DNA of 64,000 nucleotides from Perkinsus olseni (Eukaryota): NCBI GenBank assembly GCA_013115125.1, contig JABANN010000042.1, positions 1 to 64,000 of the forward strand, read 5' to 3'. Shown piece by piece: positions 60,663 to 64,000 of this stretch (position 1 is its first letter; each line of letters starts with the position of its first letter). The notes under the pieces were generated by a model. It saw only the letters and a program-made list of their open reading frames with translations, ran no database searches and was not told where the DNA came from. The position numbers and the translations under genes were made by a program.

Positions 60663-62791
60663 CTACCGAGGAAGGAGGAAAATGCCGAAAATAGGTGGCG
60701 CAGAAATAGACCATCCAACTGCGGCGGGGCGCTGAGAATGCCGTGAGAGACACTGAGCGAACGGCGTCTCGTCGAAGGGTAGGCGTACACTAAGACGCAG
60801 ATTATCCCCGTCTCCGGTCTGGAGACTGGTCAGAGGCGGGCGCGGTAGTGAGGACCCAGTCTCCCTCCTGATTGACGACGCAAACAATCGCTGGAAGGTC
60901 ATAACTCTATCCACGTTTTCGCTTCTTGGACGGAGGCGATGGACTTGCCGCCGAGAAGGCCTGCTGGCACAGCCTCAGGTCGCGGCTCAGGCCTCCCTCT
61001 TCGTCACCAAACTCGCCCTCGTACTCCGACTCATCCTCGCTATCGCTCCGCCCTTCTTCCTGACCACCAGCCTGGTATTGCATCTTCCAAACTCACCAAA
61101 AGCCATCCTCACCTGCGCCTTGGACGTGCCTGCTGCCCCCGGCGCGCGAGTCGTGTTGAACGTGGAGATGAGGGCCCGGCCGACCACTCGATCCAGTCCT
61201 GCACGCTTCTCTTCCAGCCACGCTAGGCACGCCTCCGGACTCGAATACAAATCTGAGAATAACCTCTCATTGGGAATCAAGTCAGCGCGGACCTCACCTT
61301 GGGGACCGGTCCGAAGGCTAGCTCCCGGCAGAAGCTTCCCTCGGAGACGTCCGCAGGTAACAACCTCTGCCATAGCGTCCCGTTGATGGTCGAGCCACCT
61401 CTGCCACCTCCGGGCCCGCACCAGGCGTAGGTCATCTCTGAGCTGATCAAAGACAGCGTCGTTTTCCCCTTCTCTTTCCTGCGGAGCTAGGGAAGCGGCA
61501 CCCGGCTGAACTGAGAACACGAACAGCTACAGGCTCAGCAATAGGGTAGCCGAAAGACCCACTTTTGATGGTAACATTCCGATCTGGGATCCACGTGCTG
61601 GAACTAGAGGGCGCAGAATCGCCAATCGCCGTGCCATCGCCTCCCTCCTTGGCGAGCTCAGCGTCCAAGTCGATCTCATTGAAGACCTCACCCAAGCTCG
61701 TAGGGAAGAGAATCTCCAACGCGTTATCGATGCGAGTGATGCAGTGGTCGATGTCGGCCATCTCTGCGCCTCTCAGAGTCTCAGCCACCTAGCATGTTCC
61801 CAACCGATGCATTATGTCGAGGGGGCCTCGAAGCTCCCGTTTTCCGGCCTACCCGTTTCCATACCGCAATCAGGCGCTCTTCCTGAGCGGCATCTGACAG
61901 TTCTCGTAGATGCCTGCGGTCGGGCACCGCGCCTGAGTCTCTCGATCGAAGTGAAGCCAGAAGGGACTGAAAGGACCGCGCAGCACCGATACGACCGTTA
62001 GAGGCAAACCTAACGCTATTCACCTCCAGGGGCGCTGCATAGTCTTTACCACCAAAGTGAAGCTCCCATTCCGACAGGTGCTCCACCGCAGCGTCTCTGA
62101 GACTGCGACCATAGGCTGACTGCTTCCGTTCTCCGATGAGGCCCCATGACTTGGCCTGAAAGAATCGGAGGTGGCCGCCTCTCCCTGATGAACTCTAATC
62201 GCCGAACAAGAAATCCCCTTTAAGCTAGCCTTTAAGCCCTTTGTCCAGCACAACGATGCTACTCTCAAGAAGCTTTGGGATAAGCCTGATGGGGTCAACA
62301 GGAAAGCGAGGAGGAGCTTACGGCTCTTTGAAGAACATGGGCCTCGCCCAGGAACCACTTCCGTGCTGCAACGCTCGACTTCACGAGTTTCCCAATGACG
62401 TTGTCAAGTAGCCGTTGCCGTACTCGAAGGTTAGGATGGCCAAGGAGCTCCTTCATTATCACTTCCCCAGCAGCGACGATTGCTGCGGCACTGTGTGCCT
62501 GCGACCACTACGAGGGATCCCTCCATGAAGAGAGTTGCGGTATACCTCCCACCTTGCATGTGGTCTTGACGATGTCCCATGCAGGAGGTCTCTTTTCTGC
62601 CTGACCGTCAGGCGTCAGCGCCAGAGTTCTGATCGCTTCTTGAAGACTCTTCCGCTCTACCGTGCCCAACGGTGACGGCATCAAGCAGTACGGGTTGCGT
62701 TCAACGGTCCCTCTGAGAGGGTGGGAGATTCACGATGCTGGTTGCTCGATCCACGCTCTTGACGGTGTGCTGTCCCAGGGGCCCACTGCAT
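60663..62791 (-). CDS. Multi-exon protein, possibly UVSSA-like (UV-stimulated scaffold protein A)
   Basis: Helical N-terminal exons (…ELLGHPNLRVRQRLL…; LSEWELHFG), then DHCITRIDNALEILFP and ENDAVFDQLRD resemble my recollection of UVSSA segments. Ends are uncertain. Confidence 0.45.
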
Positions 62792-63130
62792 AAACTCAAC
62801 CAATATTCTCTCGACTTTCAACGGCGACATTTACACACTAATAGCAATTATAATAAATAATCCGTAAAAATAGTAACTCTATCAATGATCGACCTTCAAG
62901 ATATGGTGCTCAGAGTGAACCCCACTGCGGGACTGCTCATCACCGTCGTGCCCACCTTAATGGTCACCAAAAGGAGGGAGACTTCTCCCGACTGCAATCA
63001 AGATAGATCGTAATCTACAAAAACTACGGACGCTACCGGTCAAGATGTGCAACAGCAGCAATAACAAGAGTAGCGGGAATAAGAATAAGACTTGCAGAAA
63101 AAATGAAGTCAGAAGGGTTGACGAAGTACT

Positions 63131-64000
63131 TCACTCTCTTGTTAGAACGGCCGCTGAATCCGCCATCATACGGAGCTCTCGGAGGACCTCTTCAGGCAGC
63201 ACCACTTCACCAGAGGCGAGGAGCTGCCGCAACTCGGCCACGCTAGAGGGCAGTTGATCTCGGCTGGCGGTACCACCACCCTCAGCAGCCTCCACTAGGC
63301 GGACTGTCGGCGGTGTGTTGGGTCGAGCACGTTGCTGCGATACTGCAGTGATGTGCCTGCCCAAGGCTTGACTAGGGGACTCGTTAGGGCCTAGGGAATA
63401 GCCGTCTACCAACAGAAGGAGCTTCTTCACACTAAGCGTCTTCACGGCCATACTCCACAGTGGCTCATCCTGCAAGCCCTCCGCCAGGGCAAATCGACTC
63501 ACACGATTGCTGATCAATCGGTGGACGAATCGGTGGAGTTTGGCAAGCTTCTCTCGAGGGCTCGACGGCGACTCCAAGTTAACCCGTTCGAGCACGAATC
63601 CCAAGGCTCGGTTATGCCAAAGTTGAGCTAACAGCTTCTCGACCTGTGCCTTCACTGACTCCAACGACCAGTAGCAGACGAAGGCGTCTACTTTCCGCGA
63701 CATATAGATGTCGACTGTCCGCACCAGTAGAGCGTAACGAGAGATGCCCTCGTGATCAGGCAACACCTCCGGGTTGAACGCCGCCAAGATGACTTGCAGA
63801 TCGCTCAGGGTCAGCGTCCGCAGCAGCCTGCTCGCCGGGACCCGGTCAGCCTCATCGAACTGCCAGTTGCAAATGAAGGTCGTAATCCTGTGCTCCATAC
63901 GTCGCTTGATGAGGGCTTCCAAGGCACGGTACTTCCCTCGCTGGTCAATCTTATCAGGGTTATCGACAGCAAAGCGCTCCATCACCAAGCCACGGTCCTT
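63131..64000 (-). CDS. Hypothetical protein with repeated helical units; 5' end outside the window
   Basis: Open frame of at least 285 aa with recurring (R/K)(I/V)xxF motifs followed by helical segments. Confidence 0.65.
   Translation of the reverse strand, partial: KDRGLVMERFAVDNPDKIDQRGKYRALEALIKRRMEHRITTFICNWQFDEADRVPASRLLRTLTLSDLQVILAAFNPEVLPDHEGISRYALLVRTVDIYMSRKVDAFVCYWSLESVKAQVEKLLAQLWHNRALGFVLERVNLESPSSPREKLAKLHRFVHRLISNRVSRFALAEGLQDEPLWSMAVKTLSVKKLLLLVDGYSLGPNESPSQALGRHITAVSQQRARPNTPPTVRLVEAAEGGGTASRDQLPSSVAELRQLLASGEVVLPEEVLRELRMMADSAAVLTRE

Noticed and set aside
1-64000. CRISPR array, operons or prokaryotic defence system
   Set aside because: No regularly spaced repeat-spacer array, and the genes are intron-containing eukaryotic genes.
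1-64000. Spliced-leader RNA gene or relict leader (CCGTAGCCATYTTGGCTCAAG-like)
   Set aside because: No convincing match seen by eye on either strand; a computational search could still find degenerate copies.

Overview
This is eukaryotic, not prokaryotic, DNA: genes are split by many short (about 30-80 nt) GT-AG introns and lie in long same-strand blocks. The style suggests an alveolate such as Perkinsus, which is an inference I cannot prove from this window. Intron-dense conserved genes: two tandem RAP/FASTK-like proteins, a KEL3/KLHDC4-like kelch protein, a compact SET-domain protein, YIP1, SPT16, an ERD2-family receptor, a family III CoA-transferase, four tandem TLC-domain genes, a RING/TRAF-type zinc-finger gene, a PX-domain gene and a possible UVSSA-like gene. 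These alternate with accessory zones of intronless or intron-poor secreted-protein families, tandem segmental duplications and pseudogenes. The strongest unexplained signal is a recurring mutation scar in the accessory zones: X1-7 + reverse-complement(X1-8) + X2-8 for an 8-bp word X, or longer palindromes centred on one complemented base. At least four scars are exact and several more are near-exact or extended. Three are shown to be insertions by alignment to paralogous copies in this window. The geometry matches hairpin-type (hAT-like, 8-bp target-site duplication) transposon excision footprints, yet I see no intact transposase here. Exon boundaries were read by eye and are approximate.
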